A DNA stretch of 64,000 nt, from assembly GCA_036379135.1 (NCBI GenBank), contig DASUVG010000191.1, positions 10,320 through 74,319 of the forward strand, in the 5' to 3' direction. The stretch is from Longimicrobium sp. GTDB lineage: Bacteria; Gemmatimonadota; Gemmatimonadetes; Longimicrobiales; Longimicrobiaceae. The first letter of the stretch is position 1, and every line of letters begins with the position of its first letter. The notes beneath the pieces were generated by a model. It saw nothing but the letters and a program-made list of their open reading frames with translations, ran no database searches and was not told the origin of the DNA. Below are positions 29,310-39,326 of the stretch, one piece after another. A program made the translations under genes and the position numbers.

Positions 29310-30113
29310 ATGTCTACACTGCTGGAACAGCCGCAGACGCTGGACGCCCCGCTGAGCATTGCCGGGCGGGCACTTCGTTCGCGGTTGATGGTGGGGACGG
29401 GGAAGTACCGATCGAACGACGAGATGGTGCGCGCCATCCAGGCGTCCGGCGCCGAGGTCGTCACCGTCGCCGTGCGGCGCGTGGATCTCGACCGGACGAA
29501 GGAGGAGGGCGTCCTCCATCATCTCCATCCTAACGAGTACCTGCTGCTGCCCAACACCGCCGGCTGCTACACGGCGGAGGACGCCATCCGCTACGCGCGC
29601 CTGGCCCGCGCCGCCGGCTTTACGAACTGGGTGAAGCTGGAGGTGATCGGCGACCAGGAGACGCTGCTGCCGGACGCGGACGCCACCCTGCGCGCCGCGC
29701 GGGAGCTGGTCGCGGACGGCTTCGTGGTCCTGGCCTACACCAACGACGACCTGATCACGGCGCTGCGGCTGGAGGACGCGGGGTGCGCGGCGGTCATGCC
29801 GCTGGCGTCGCCGATCGGCAGCGGGCTGGGGCTCGTCAATCCCTACAGCATCCGCACGATCAAGAGCCGCCTCTCCGTCCCCGTGATCGTGGACGCGGGG
29901 GTGGGCACCGCGTCCGACGCGGCGGTGACGATGGAGCAGGGGGTGGACGGCATCCTGATGAACACCGCGCTGGCAGAGGCGCAGGACCCCGTCCGGATGA
30001 GCCGCGCCATGGCGCTGGCCACGGAGGCCGGGCGGCTGGCGTACCTGGCCGGGCGCATGCCGCGGCGCGAGCGGGCGGTGCCCTCGTCGCCCGCGACCGG
30101 CATGCTGGACTGA
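29310..30113 (+). CDS. thiG: thiazole synthase
   Basis: SRLMVGTGKY, LPNTAGC, KLEVI, MPLASPIGSGLG, VDAGVG. Confidence 0.97.
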   Translation: MSTLLEQPQTLDAPLSIAGRALRSRLMVGTGKYRSNDEMVRAIQASGAEVVTVAVRRVDLDRTKEEGVLHHLHPNEYLLLPNTAGCYTAEDAIRYARLARAAGFTNWVKLEVIGDQETLLPDADATLRAARELVADGFVVLAYTNDDLITALRLEDAGCAAVMPLASPIGSGLGLVNPYSIRTIKSRLSVPVIVDAGVGTASDAAVTMEQGVDGILMNTALAEAQDPVRMSRAMALATEAGRLAYLAGRMPRRERAVPSSPATGMLD

Positions 30114-30118
30114 CGCGC

Positions 30119-31429
30119 ATGGCGGAAGGGCCCACGGTCGCGCGGCAGGCGGCGCTGGAGGCGATGGCCCGGTTTCGCGAGGGCGAGCTGGGCGACCGCG
30201 CGCTGGACCTGGCCACGCAGGGGATGGAGCCGCGCGAGCGCGCGTGGACGCAGGAGCTGGTGTACGGCACCTTTCGCCTGCGCGGCCGCATCGACCACGT
30301 GCTCAACGGCTTCGCGCGCGACGGCATCGACAGCCTGGACCCCGACGTGCTGGACGTCCTTCGCCTGGGCGCGTACCAGCTGCTGGAGATGGGGAGCGTG
30401 CCGCCGTACGCCGCCGTGTCGCAGTCCGTGGAGCTGGTGCGGATGGCGGGGCAGCCGCGCGCGGCGGGGCTGGTGAACGGCATCCTGCAGAACATGCAGC
30501 GCCGCCCCAACTTCCGCTTTCCGGACTTCGCCGCCGAGCCCGCCGCGAACCTGGAGACGTGGGGATCGCACCCGCGGTGGCTGGTGGAGCGGTGGATCGA
30601 CCGCTGGGGCGCGGAGAACGCGCGGGCGCTGGTGGACGCCGACAACCTGCGGCCGGAGCTGTACGTCCGCCCCCTGGGCGTGCCGCTGGACGAGGCGCGG
30701 GCGCGGCTGGGCGAGGCGGGGATTGCGTCGGAGGAGGTGGACTTCGCGCCGGACTCGCTGCGCATCCTTCCCCCCGCCACCGCCGCGCAGGCGCTGGCCG
30801 CCGTCCCCGCCGTGGTGCAGGACCCCGCGGCGGCGCTGGTGGTGCGCTACGCGGACGTGCCGGAGGGGGCCGACGTCATCGACCTCTGCGCGGCGCCGGG
30901 GGGCAAGGCGCTGGGGCTGGCGGAGCGCGCCGGGCGCGTGGCCGCGGCGGACCTTTCGCCGCGGCGGATGCGGCGGGTGCGCGAGAACGCGCAGCGCGTG
31001 GGCTGGGGAGAGCGGATCGGCGGCGTGGTGGCGGACGGGCGCCATCCCCCTTTTCGCGCCGTGGACGCGGTGCTGCTGGACGCGCCCTGCACGGGGACGG
31101 GCACCTTTCGCCGCCACCCCGACGGGCGCTGGCGGGTGACGCCGGACGACCTGGCCTCGCTTACGCGGCTGCAGGACGAGCTGCTGGCCGCCGCGGCGGA
31201 GCTGGTGCGGCCGGGAGGGCTGCTGGTGTATTCCACCTGTTCGCTGGAGCCGGAGGAGAACGAGTTGCGGATCGAGCGGTTCCTGGCGGGCCGGACGGGG
31301 TGGGCGCTGGAGCCCCCCGCCGGGGCGGTGGACGCGTCGCTGCTGGACGGCGCGGGGCGCCTGTGCGTGCTGCCGCAGGCGCAGGGCGTGGACGGCGCCT
31401 TTGCGGCGCGGCTGCGGAGGGCGGCGTGA
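30119..31429 (+). CDS. rsmB: 16S rRNA m5C967 methyltransferase
   Basis: NusB-like N-terminus, QD, DLCAAPGGK, DAPCTGTG, YSTCS, DGAF. Confidence 0.93.
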   Translation: MAEGPTVARQAALEAMARFREGELGDRALDLATQGMEPRERAWTQELVYGTFRLRGRIDHVLNGFARDGIDSLDPDVLDVLRLGAYQLLEMGSVPPYAAVSQSVELVRMAGQPRAAGLVNGILQNMQRRPNFRFPDFAAEPAANLETWGSHPRWLVERWIDRWGAENARALVDADNLRPELYVRPLGVPLDEARARLGEAGIASEEVDFAPDSLRILPPATAAQALAAVPAVVQDPAAALVVRYADVPEGADVIDLCAAPGGKALGLAERAGRVAAADLSPRRMRRVRENAQRVGWGERIGGVVADGRHPPFRAVDAVLLDAPCTGTGTFRRHPDGRWRVTPDDLASLTRLQDELLAAAAELVRPGGLLVYSTCSLEPEENELRIERFLAGRTGWALEPPAGAVDASLLDGAGRLCVLPQAQGVDGAFAARLRRAA

Positions 31430-32415
31430 GGCGCCTGCAGCCCAGGGGCGGGGTGCGGCGGCCGCCCACGGGCTGGCACCGCGAGATCCCCGGGCGCGTG
31501 CGCCGCTACTTCGACGAGCGGCGGCTGCTCAAGTGGGTGCTGGTGACGGGAGCCGCCTGCTTCGTGCTGGGGTACGTGGTGATGACCCTGCTGTTCTTTC
31601 CCGGCTTCGGCCGCTCGCCCATCGTCACGGTGCCGGACCTGACGGGGCGGTCGCGGGCGCAGGCGGAGCGGATGGTGGACCGGCTGGGGCTGGACCTGCG
31701 GCGAGGGCAGCCGATCCCCAACCCGCGCATGCGCCGCGGCCGCGTGCTGATGCAGACGCCGCTTCCCGGCGAAGAGGTGGCGCGCGGCAGCACGGTGCGC
31801 ATCGTGCTGAGCGACGGGCCCGAGATGCGGCAGGTGCCGTCCATCAGCGGCCTTGCGCGGGCGGACGCCATCGGGCTGCTGCAGCGCTTCGGCTTTCGCG
31901 TGGCCATCCGGCGCACGCTGCACCGCAGCGAGCAGAACTCGCTCATCGGCACGATTCCGGGGGCGGGCAAGCCGGCGGCGGTGGGCGGCATGGTGATCCT
32001 GCTGGTGAGCAACGGGCCGCCCAAGGTGCTGGTGCCCAACGTGGTGGGCCTGTTCCCGGCGGACGCCCGGAACCGGCTGCAGGCCGTGGGGCTGTCGCTG
32101 GGGCGCGTCCGCTACGATCCCGCGTCGCTGGATTCCGCCGGCGTGATCATCGCGCAGGGGCCCGTGGCGGGGGACAGCCTGGGGCAGGGGTCGTCGGTGC
32201 GGGTGGTGCTGGCCGGGCCCGATCCCAACCCGCCGGAGCCGGAGGTTGTTGATTCCACCGGCGCCGGCGTGGCCCCCGACAGCGCCGCCGCCGTGGAGGA
32301 GGAGGTGGAGGAGGAAGGCGAGCCCGTGCCGCCGCCGGACGAGCCTACCGACGAGCCGCCGCCCAACGAGCCGCAGCTCACCCCCCGGCCGCCGGCGAGG
32401 CCCGGCGGCGGCTGA
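31426..32415 (+). CDS. membrane-anchored triple PASTA domain protein
   Basis: TM helix, then VPDLTG / VPSISG / VPNVVG repeats; acidic Pro-rich tail. Confidence 0.88.
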   Translation: MRRLQPRGGVRRPPTGWHREIPGRVRRYFDERRLLKWVLVTGAACFVLGYVVMTLLFFPGFGRSPIVTVPDLTGRSRAQAERMVDRLGLDLRRGQPIPNPRMRRGRVLMQTPLPGEEVARGSTVRIVLSDGPEMRQVPSISGLARADAIGLLQRFGFRVAIRRTLHRSEQNSLIGTIPGAGKPAAVGGMVILLVSNGPPKVLVPNVVGLFPADARNRLQAVGLSLGRVRYDPASLDSAGVIIAQGPVAGDSLGQGSSVRVVLAGPDPNPPEPEVVDSTGAGVAPDSAAAVEEEVEEEGEPVPPPDEPTDEPPPNEPQLTPRPPARPGGG

Positions 32416-32454
32416 GCGCTCGGGAGGGTGGTGGGGCGAGATGGTGGGCCGCCC

Positions 32455-32770
32455 CCCTCCTCCACCCTCCCCCACAAACCGGGTGGGGAGGGAGAACGGC
32501 AGGAAAAGCGTCGCAGCGCGATCGAAGTTCTCCCCTTTCTCCCGCGCGGCGGGGGAGAGGGGCCGGGGGAGAGGGGGCCCTGTCGGGCGCCAGCTCCATG
32601 TCGTTCGCCGAGCCTCTGATCCGGCGGCTACGACCTCCCCTCTCCGCGAGGAACGAGCGGGTGAGGGGCGGGGGAGGGGCACCGCGCCGGCGCAGCGCGA
32701 CGCTCGTCGCGGCGGGATCGAATTCTCCCTTCCCCCACGCGGTTCGTGGGGGAAGGGCCGGGGGATGGGC
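32455..32770. repeat. family C-like palindromic repeat cluster
   Basis: CCCTCCCCCAC..GTGGGGAGGG, TCTCCC..GGGAGAGGG, CCCTTCCCCCAC..GTGGGGGAAGGG. Confidence 0.7.
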
Positions 32771-32852
32771 GCCGCGGCTCGCGCGGTTCGATGCTGTTCG
32801 TCGAGCCCGGAGTCCGTCCCTCGCACCACATCCGTCACACACGCATCCTGAG

Positions 32853-33425
32853 ATGGCGAAGTCGCGGCATTTGGGGTTCACGGTAGGGGTGGTCCTGGCG
32901 CTGGCGCTGCTGCTGGGCGCCGGCTGGCTGGCGCGCGACCGCTTTCTCCCCGTGGAGGTGGGGACGCGCGCTCCCTCGTTCCCCGCGACGGACCTGCAGG
33001 GCCGCCCCGTGCGGCTGGAGGACCTGCGCGGCCAGGTGGTGCTGCTCAACGTCTGGGCGACCTGGTGCGGGCCCTGCCGCGACGAGATGCCCTCCATGGA
33101 GCGGCTGCACCGCGAGCTGGGCCCCAGAGGCCTCAAGATCGTGGCCGTGAGCGTGGACGCGGCGCCGGGCGCGGCCGCGCCGAAGGCCCAGTCCGCCGAC
33201 CAGCCCGGCGGCGGCGACGTGGCGGAGTTCGCGCGGCAGCTGGGGCTCACCTTCACCATCTGGCACGACCCCTCCGGCCAGATCCAGCGCACCTACCGCA
33301 CGACGGGCGTCCCGGAGTCGTTCATCATCGACCGCAACGGGGTGATCCAGAAGAAGGTGATCGGCGCGACGGAGTGGGACAGCGGCTCGCACCCGGAGCT
33401 CATCCGCCGCCTGCTGGGAGAGTGA
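32853..33425 (+). CDS. TlpA/ResA family thiol-disulfide reductase
   Basis: N-terminal TM helix, NVWATWCGPCRDEMP, GVPESF. Confidence 0.93.
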   Translation: MAKSRHLGFTVGVVLALALLLGAGWLARDRFLPVEVGTRAPSFPATDLQGRPVRLEDLRGQVVLLNVWATWCGPCRDEMPSMERLHRELGPRGLKIVAVSVDAAPGAAAPKAQSADQPGGGDVAEFARQLGLTFTIWHDPSGQIQRTYRTTGVPESFIIDRNGVIQKKVIGATEWDSGSHPELIRRLLGE

Positions 33426-33429
33426 GCGG

Positions 33430-34413
33430 GTGAAGCCGCGGCTCTCCCTCCACGCGCTCACCTTCAACTGGCGGCTCAAGCTGGCGGCGCTGGGGCTGGC
33501 CGTGCTCATCTGGGCCGCCGTCAGCGCGGAGCAGGTGACCAGCCAGTGGATCCCCGTCCGCATAGACCCGGTGGTCCGCGACCCCGAGTTCGTGCTCACC
33601 GGCGCGCCCGATCCCGCCGAGGTGCGGGTGCGCTTCTCCGGCCCCGGCCGCGAGCTGTGGGAGCTGGCGCTGGACCGGCCCACCCTCGTCCTGCCGCTGG
33701 CCGACATCGGCAACCGGCGGGCGTTCGCGCTGGACGCGTCCATGCTGCGCATTCCCAGCGGCCTTTCCGTGAACGTGCAGGACATCCGCCCCGCCGTCGT
33801 GCGCGTGGACGTGCAGCGCCTGGCCAGCCGCGTGCTCCCCGTCCGCGCCCGGCTGGGCGCCCGCTCTTCGCAGCGCTACGTGCTGGTCGCGGACATGGAG
33901 GTGCTGCCGGCGGAGGTGCGCGTCACCGGCCCGGCGGAGCGGCTGGCGGCGATGGACTCCGTCTCCACCCGCAGCTTCGACATCGTCCCCGACGACTCCA
34001 CCTTCTCGGTGGACGTACTGCTGGACACGGAGGGGATGGAGGGGCTCAGCTTCTCCCGCAACCGCGTGCGGGTGAGCGGGCCGGTGGACGTGCGCGGCGA
34101 CCGGTCGGTCGGCGCGGTCGTGGTGTCGGTGCCGGAGGGGATGACGGCGACGCCGGAGCAGGTGCAGGTGAGCGTCACCGGCGCGGAGCGGGTGGTGGGG
34201 CGCGTGTTCGCCGGCGGGGTGCGCGCCGTCGTCCCGCGCGACTCGCTGCCGCCCGTGCTGCCGCCGCAGGGGGTTGATGCGCCGCTGGTGCTGGACGGCC
34301 TGCCGCCCGGCGCCGCCGGCCGCGCGAACCCCGCCCGCGTCCGCGTGCAGCCGCGGAGCGCCGCCCCGCCCGCGGGGACGGACAGCGCGCCCTCGCCGGG
34401 GCCGCGCCCGTGA
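33430..34413 (+). CDS. YbbR/CdaR-like protein
   Basis: NWRLKLAALGLAVLIW anchor, repeated P..V.V..SGP / PAEVRVTGP units. Confidence 0.8.
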   Translation: MKPRLSLHALTFNWRLKLAALGLAVLIWAAVSAEQVTSQWIPVRIDPVVRDPEFVLTGAPDPAEVRVRFSGPGRELWELALDRPTLVLPLADIGNRRAFALDASMLRIPSGLSVNVQDIRPAVVRVDVQRLASRVLPVRARLGARSSQRYVLVADMEVLPAEVRVTGPAERLAAMDSVSTRSFDIVPDDSTFSVDVLLDTEGMEGLSFSRNRVRVSGPVDVRGDRSVGAVVVSVPEGMTATPEQVQVSVTGAERVVGRVFAGGVRAVVPRDSLPPVLPPQGVDAPLVLDGLPPGAAGRANPARVRVQPRSAAPPAGTDSAPSPGPRP

Positions 34414-35480
34414 CCGGCGAGACGCTGGTGCTGGGGATCGAGACCTCGTGCGACGAGACCTCGGCGGCGGTGCTGCGCGGCGAGCGCGAGCTGCTGGGGC
34501 ACGTCATCTTCACCCAGGACGTGCACCGCCTGTACGGCGGCGTGGTGCCGGAGCTGGCCAGCCGCGCCCACCTGCGCACGGTGGACGACGTGGTGGACGG
34601 CGCGCTGCGCGAGGCGGGGGTTACGCTGGACGAGATCGACGTGGTCGGCGTGACGGCGGGGCCGGGGCTGATCGGCGCGCTGCTCGTGGGGCTCGCCTGG
34701 GGAAAGGCGGCGGCGTGGGCGGCGGGAAAGCCGGTGGTGGGCGTGCACCACATGGAGGGGCACCTGTTCGCCACCCATCTGGAGGATCCCGGCGCGGAGC
34801 CGCCCTTCGTCGCGCTGCTGGTCAGCGGCGGGCACACGATGCTCCTGTGGGTGCCCGCGTGGGGCGACTACCGCCTGCTGGGCGCCACCAGGGACGACGC
34901 GGCGGGCGAGGCGTTCGACAAGGCGGCCAAGATCCTCGGCCTGGAGTACCCCGGCGGCCCCGCCATCCAGCGCGCGGCGGCGTCCGGCGACCCCGGGCGC
35001 CATCCCCTCCCGCGCCCCCTGCTGAACCGGGGCGAGCGGCTGGGCGACCCGGAGTACTACGAGATGTCGTTCAGCGGGCTGAAGAACGCGCTGCGGCTGC
35101 TGGTGCGAAAGCTGGAGGCGGAGGGGCGGCTGGCGGACGAGGTGCCGCACGTGGCCGCATCCTTCCAGGCCGCCGTGGTCGACGTGCTGACGCAGAAGAC
35201 GATGCGCGCGGTGAAGCAGACCGGGGTCCGGCGCGTGGTGCTGGGCGGGGGCGTGGCCAACAGCCGCGCGCTGCGGGATTCCATCCGCGAGAAGCTGGGG
35301 CGGAGCGGGGAGCTGTACGCGCCGTCGCCGCGTCTTTCCACCGACAACGCGGCGATGATCGCCCGCGCGGCGCTCTTTCGCTGGCGGCGGGGAGAGGTGG
35401 GCGGGCTGGACCTGAACGCCCGCGCGGACCTTCCGTTCCCGGGGCTGACGCGCGAATCCGCCGCCGTGGCACGGGGGTAG
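34410..35480 (+). CDS. tsaD: tRNA threonylcarbamoyltransferase TsaD
   Basis: LGIETSCDET, GGVVPELASRAH, HHMEGH, VSGGHT, TDNAAMIA. Confidence 0.97.
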   Translation: MTGETLVLGIETSCDETSAAVLRGERELLGHVIFTQDVHRLYGGVVPELASRAHLRTVDDVVDGALREAGVTLDEIDVVGVTAGPGLIGALLVGLAWGKAAAWAAGKPVVGVHHMEGHLFATHLEDPGAEPPFVALLVSGGHTMLLWVPAWGDYRLLGATRDDAAGEAFDKAAKILGLEYPGGPAIQRAAASGDPGRHPLPRPLLNRGERLGDPEYYEMSFSGLKNALRLLVRKLEAEGRLADEVPHVAASFQAAVVDVLTQKTMRAVKQTGVRRVVLGGGVANSRALRDSIREKLGRSGELYAPSPRLSTDNAAMIARAALFRWRRGEVGGLDLNARADLPFPGLTRESAAVARG

Positions 35481-35488
35481 CGGAACTG

Positions 35489-35572
35489 CAGGTTCAAGTG
35501 CCCAGGTTCAAGTGTCATGAGACCTTCCTCGACACCGGGCACTGGACACTGGGTACTTGACACTGGGCACTT
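35489..35572. repeat. short degenerate tandem repeats (CAGGTTCAAGTGYC x2; ~7-mer GCACTGG-type)
   Basis: visible between tsaD and the phosphoesterase; same unit family as 40525-40889. Confidence 0.6.
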
Positions 35573-35586
35573 ACCACGAAGCCGGC

Positions 35587-36495
35587 TTGATCTCCATCCT
35601 TCACGTATCCGACCTCCACTTCGGCCCGCCGTACCACGAGGGCGTGGGCGAGGCGCTGCAGAAGTTCGCGCACCGGCTGAACGCCGACTGCATCGTGGCC
35701 TCGGGGGACTTTACCCAGCGGGCGACGGAGGAGCAGTTCGCCGCCGCGCGGGCGTTCCTGGACCAGCTGCCCCGGGCGCCGACCATCGTGACGCCGGGGA
35801 ACCACGACGTGCCGCTGTACCGCGGGCTGGAGCGGCTGCTGGACCCGTACCGCCACTACCGCACGCACATCAGCGACAAGCTGGACTTCGTGACGGAGAT
35901 CCCCGGCGCGGTGATCGTCTCGCTGAACTCCACGGCGCCGCGGCAGGCCATCACCAACGGGCGCATCAGCCGCTGGCAGATCGACCTGGCGCGCGAGGCG
36001 TTCAAGGGCGTGCCGGACGAGACGCACCGCATCATCGTCTCGCACCACCACTTCGCGCCGCCGCCGGACTGGGAGGGCGCGGACGTGATGCCCAAGGCCA
36101 AGCGCGCGCTGGACGCGTTCACGCAGATGCGGGTGGACCTGATCCTGGGCGGGCACCTGCACCGCGCCTACATCGGCAACTCGCTGGACGTGTACGCGGG
36201 CGCGGACCGCGAGCACGGCATCATCATCGCGCAGAGCGGCACCAGCACCTCGCGCCGCGGCCGCGCGCGCGAGCGGGAAAAGAACTCGCTGAACGTGTTG
36301 CGGCTGGGCGGCGGGGTGATCCGCATCACCCACTACATGTACTTCGACGACGCGGGCGACTTCGTGCCCACCAGCCGGCACCTCTTCTTTCGCCGCGGCC
36401 GGCCCCCGGTGCTGGACGACGACGAGGGGCTGGGGCACGGGGTGGAGAGCATCTTCATGGACGACCGCAGGGAGCGCCGCGATGCGAAGGTGTAG
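35587..36495 (+). CDS. calcineurin-like metallophosphoesterase (CpdA-like)
   Basis: SDLH, SGD, PGNHD, SHHH, GHLH; TTG start uncertain. Confidence 0.9.
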   Translation: MISILHVSDLHFGPPYHEGVGEALQKFAHRLNADCIVASGDFTQRATEEQFAAARAFLDQLPRAPTIVTPGNHDVPLYRGLERLLDPYRHYRTHISDKLDFVTEIPGAVIVSLNSTAPRQAITNGRISRWQIDLAREAFKGVPDETHRIIVSHHHFAPPPDWEGADVMPKAKRALDAFTQMRVDLILGGHLHRAYIGNSLDVYAGADREHGIIIAQSGTSTSRRGRAREREKNSLNVLRLGGGVIRITHYMYFDDAGDFVPTSRHLFFRRGRPPVLDDDEGLGHGVESIFMDDRRERRDAKV

Positions 36496-36528
36496 GCGCC
36501 GGACCGTCCGGCCGCGGGGGGGCTGAAG

Positions 36529-37758
36529 GTGGCCCGGCGGGCGGTGCGCATGCTGACGTGGGGGCTGGGCGGCGTGGCGCTGGGCGTCGCGCTGCTGCTC
36601 CTGCTGCTGAACGTGGTCGCGCGGACGGAGCGCGGGCACGAGTTCGTGCTGCAGCGCACGCTGGACGCGCTGGGCAAGAACGTGCACGGCGGCAAGCTGC
36701 TCATCGAGAACATCGACGGCAACCTGTTCGAGGGCGCCAAGGTGTACGGGCTGCGCCTGCAGGACAACCAGGGGCGCGCCTTTCTCGTGGCGGACAGCGC
36801 CTTTCTGAACTACCGCGCCACCACGCTCATCTCCCCGCGCATCCACATCACCAGGGCCACGCTGTACGATCCGGAGATCTACATCTTCAAGCTCCCCGGC
36901 GACACGCTGTGGAACTACCAGGCGATCTTTGCCGACACCACGGCGAAGGACCCCACCGCGCCCAGGAAGGAGCGCGCGACGCTGATCGACTCGCTGCGGG
37001 TGATCGGCGGCATCGCGCGGCTGCAGACGCCGTGGGAGCCCGACAGCTCGCTCTCCCCCGCGGCCCGGCGCGCGGAGATCGCCGACGCGCTGAGCGACAC
37101 TTCGCTGGCGCTGGTGGACACGGTGCGGGGCGGGTACATCCGGACGATGAACTTTACCCGGCTGCACGGACGCCTCTCGCGCATCCGCTTCGCGCCGGGG
37201 TCGGCGACCGGCTCGCGCATCCACATCGACTCGCTGCGCGGGGTCGCGCAGATCTTTCGCAGGCCGGTGCAGTTCAACCAGATCCAGGGGCAGATCGCGC
37301 TGCTGCGCGGCCACGTGGAGCTGGACGCGCCCGTGATGCGGCTGCCGGGTTCCACCCTGTCGCTCTCCGGCGTGGTGCGCACGGCGAACTTTCCGGCCTG
37401 GTTCGACCCGGACAAGGCGCCGATGTACGACCTGGCGTTCCGCAGCGACTCGGTGGCGTTCCGGGACCTGCAGTGGCTGTATCCGCGCTTTCCGGCCGAG
37501 GCGCGCGGCTCCATCTCCCTGCGCATAGAGCACCGCCCCGACGGGCTGATGTTCCTGGCGCGCGACACGGACGTCACGGCGCCCGGGACGCACCTGGTGG
37601 GGGATTTCGGGATGATCCTGGGAGACACGCTGCGCTTCGTGGACGTGGACCTGGAGGCCGATCCCGTCCGCATCAGCACCATCGAGCGCATGCTCCCGGA
37701 AGGGCTGCCGGTGCAGGGGCTGGTGCTCGGCGGCGCGACGATCAAGGGCGAGCCGTAG
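36529..37758 (+). CDS. AsmA/TamB N-terminal-like protein
   Basis: N-terminal anchor, then IDGNL...L.L.D beta-taco-like pattern; no C-terminal DUF490 recognised. Confidence 0.6.
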   Translation: MARRAVRMLTWGLGGVALGVALLLLLLNVVARTERGHEFVLQRTLDALGKNVHGGKLLIENIDGNLFEGAKVYGLRLQDNQGRAFLVADSAFLNYRATTLISPRIHITRATLYDPEIYIFKLPGDTLWNYQAIFADTTAKDPTAPRKERATLIDSLRVIGGIARLQTPWEPDSSLSPAARRAEIADALSDTSLALVDTVRGGYIRTMNFTRLHGRLSRIRFAPGSATGSRIHIDSLRGVAQIFRRPVQFNQIQGQIALLRGHVELDAPVMRLPGSTLSLSGVVRTANFPAWFDPDKAPMYDLAFRSDSVAFRDLQWLYPRFPAEARGSISLRIEHRPDGLMFLARDTDVTAPGTHLVGDFGMILGDTLRFVDVDLEADPVRISTIERMLPEGLPVQGLVLGGATIKGEP

Positions 37759-38037
37759 GGGCGTGATCCCGGGCGGACCGGCGCCGCCGGGTACGGCCCG
37801 GCCCGCCACGGGCTGAAGCCTGGCTGAAGCCCGCGGCTGGAACGGCCATAAGCCCCGTCCTGGCTCGCTTCGCGCTCGCCAGACGGGGCTTCAACTGCGA
37901 TAGACGGGGCACACCGATCCGTCGTTCCGAGGGGGCGCGCACACGGCACTCGCCCGCACACGGCTGCCCGCGCGCGACCGGGGAATCTACCGTCGGAATC
38001 CTCGTGGCGAGTGCCGCGCTCCGGACCCGCGGCTGCT

Positions 38038-38084
38038 GTCCGCGCAGGCGGACATTGCGTTTTCCCAGCCGCGAATTCATTCGC
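38038..38084 (+). repeat. family B REP-like copy 4
   Basis: GTCCGCGCAGGCGGACATTGCGTTTTCCCAGCCGCGAATTCATTCGC. Confidence 0.9.
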
Positions 38085-38369
38085 CACCGATTGCGCACGA
38101 AGACCAGCGTCTGGGAAACTTGCCGCTCACCTCGATCATGGAGGCGGCGGATGGTTCTCCAGATCGCGCATCGGAGGTGCGGGCATCTTTCTCCCCTGCG
38201 TGTCGGAGATCATCCGGCGCTCCGCATCCCTCTCCAGAAAACGCGGATGGCCCCCTGCCGCATTCCATCTCTCTCCCGTTCCCCATCGTCCACGGGATCG
38301 TGCCTCGTCGACCGGCGCGCCATGTCGTCCCCTCGCGTCGATCCGGCTTCGCACCGGGAGAGCAGAGGA

Positions 38370-38414
38370 AACGGCACGAGAAAACTCCGCTGACTCCGCT
38401 GACTCTGCGTGAGG
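38370..38414 (+). repeat. family E repeat copy 2
   Basis: near-identical to 24649-24693. Confidence 0.85.
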
Positions 38415-38447
38415 ACCCGTCTTTTTGCGGATTCGGCCACGGCAACG

Positions 38448-38484
38448 AAAAGCGGGCCCGGAGCGTGGATGCTCCGGGCCCGCT
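38448..38484 (-). terminator. rho-independent terminator of the response regulator gene
   Basis: GCGGGCCCGGAGC/GCTCCGGGCCCGC stem with a T-run on the minus strand. Confidence 0.8.
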
Positions 38485-38508
38485 CGGCCGCCGTGGGGGC
38501 GCGGTCCG

Positions 38509-38922
38509 CTACACGGCCAGCGCGCGGCCGGTGACCAGCGTCAGCGCCCGCTCGGGACGCGTGAGCAGGTGCACCAGCCCGCCGATGCGCTCCAGGTTGC
38601 ACGGCTTGGAGATGTGCCCCGCGAACCCCTCGGCCAGCGCGCGGCGCTCGGGCCAGGTGAGCACGTCGGCGGAGATGGCCACTACCGGGATGGTGGCAGT
38701 GGCGGGGTCCTCCGCCAGCGCGCGGCGCGCGGCGACCCCGTCCATGCGGCGCATGCGGATGTCCATCAGCACCAGGTCCGGCTGCTGGTCGCGCGCCATC
38801 TCCACCCCCTCCTGCCCGTCGAATGCGTGCAGGACGTGGTAGCCGGAGTGCTCCAGGAACACTCCGCACACGGTGTGCTGATCGGGATCGTCGTCGACGA
38901 TGAGGACGGTGATGCGGGCCAT
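38509..38922 (-). CDS. single-domain response regulator (CheY/DivK-like)
   Basis: LIVDDD, PDLVLMD, MDG, ISA, ISKP. Confidence 0.93.
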   Translation of the reverse strand: MARITVLIVDDDPDQHTVCGVFLEHSGYHVLHAFDGQEGVEMARDQQPDLVLMDIRMRRMDGVAARRALAEDPATATIPVVAISADVLTWPERRALAEGFAGHISKPCNLERIGGLVHLLTRPERALTLVTGRALAV

Positions 38923-39062
38923 GGGCACCTCGGTGGGACGGGCGCCGGTCCGGCGGGACGCGGATGCGGTTGGCGAGAGTCCAATCTACAGTCCTCGCCT
39001 CAGTCGGACAACCCTTCCGTGCAACTGCTACGCAACGGGCACGTTGCGTTGTCGTCGCCCTT

Positions 39063-39326
39063 TCACTCCGCCCGCGCGCCGCGGTTCTTGTCCACGATGG
39101 CGGCCAGGATGAGGACGAACGCCAGCAGCCGGATGCCGTACAGCCACAGCTGCTCGCGGTCCGGATCCTGGAACAGGGCCAGCAGCAGCCGCTGCAGCGC
39201 CAGCAGCCAGAACGCGCCCGCGAAGATGCCGAACAGCCGGTCGCGCGTCTCGCGCCAGAAGCGCAGAAAGAACAGGCCGGCCACGGCGTAGCCCATCACC
39301 AGCAGGCCGCTGACGAGCGAGGTCAC
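39063..39326 (-). CDS. small 3-TM membrane protein (DUF5985-like)
   Basis: GLFFLRFWRETRDRLF...AIVDKNR; GTGA-coupled to the upstream gene (alternative ATG at 39338). Confidence 0.8.
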   Translation of the reverse strand: MTSLVSGLLVMGYAVAGLFFLRFWRETRDRLFGIFAGAFWLLALQRLLLALFQDPDREQLWLYGIRLLAFVLILAAIVDKNRGARAE

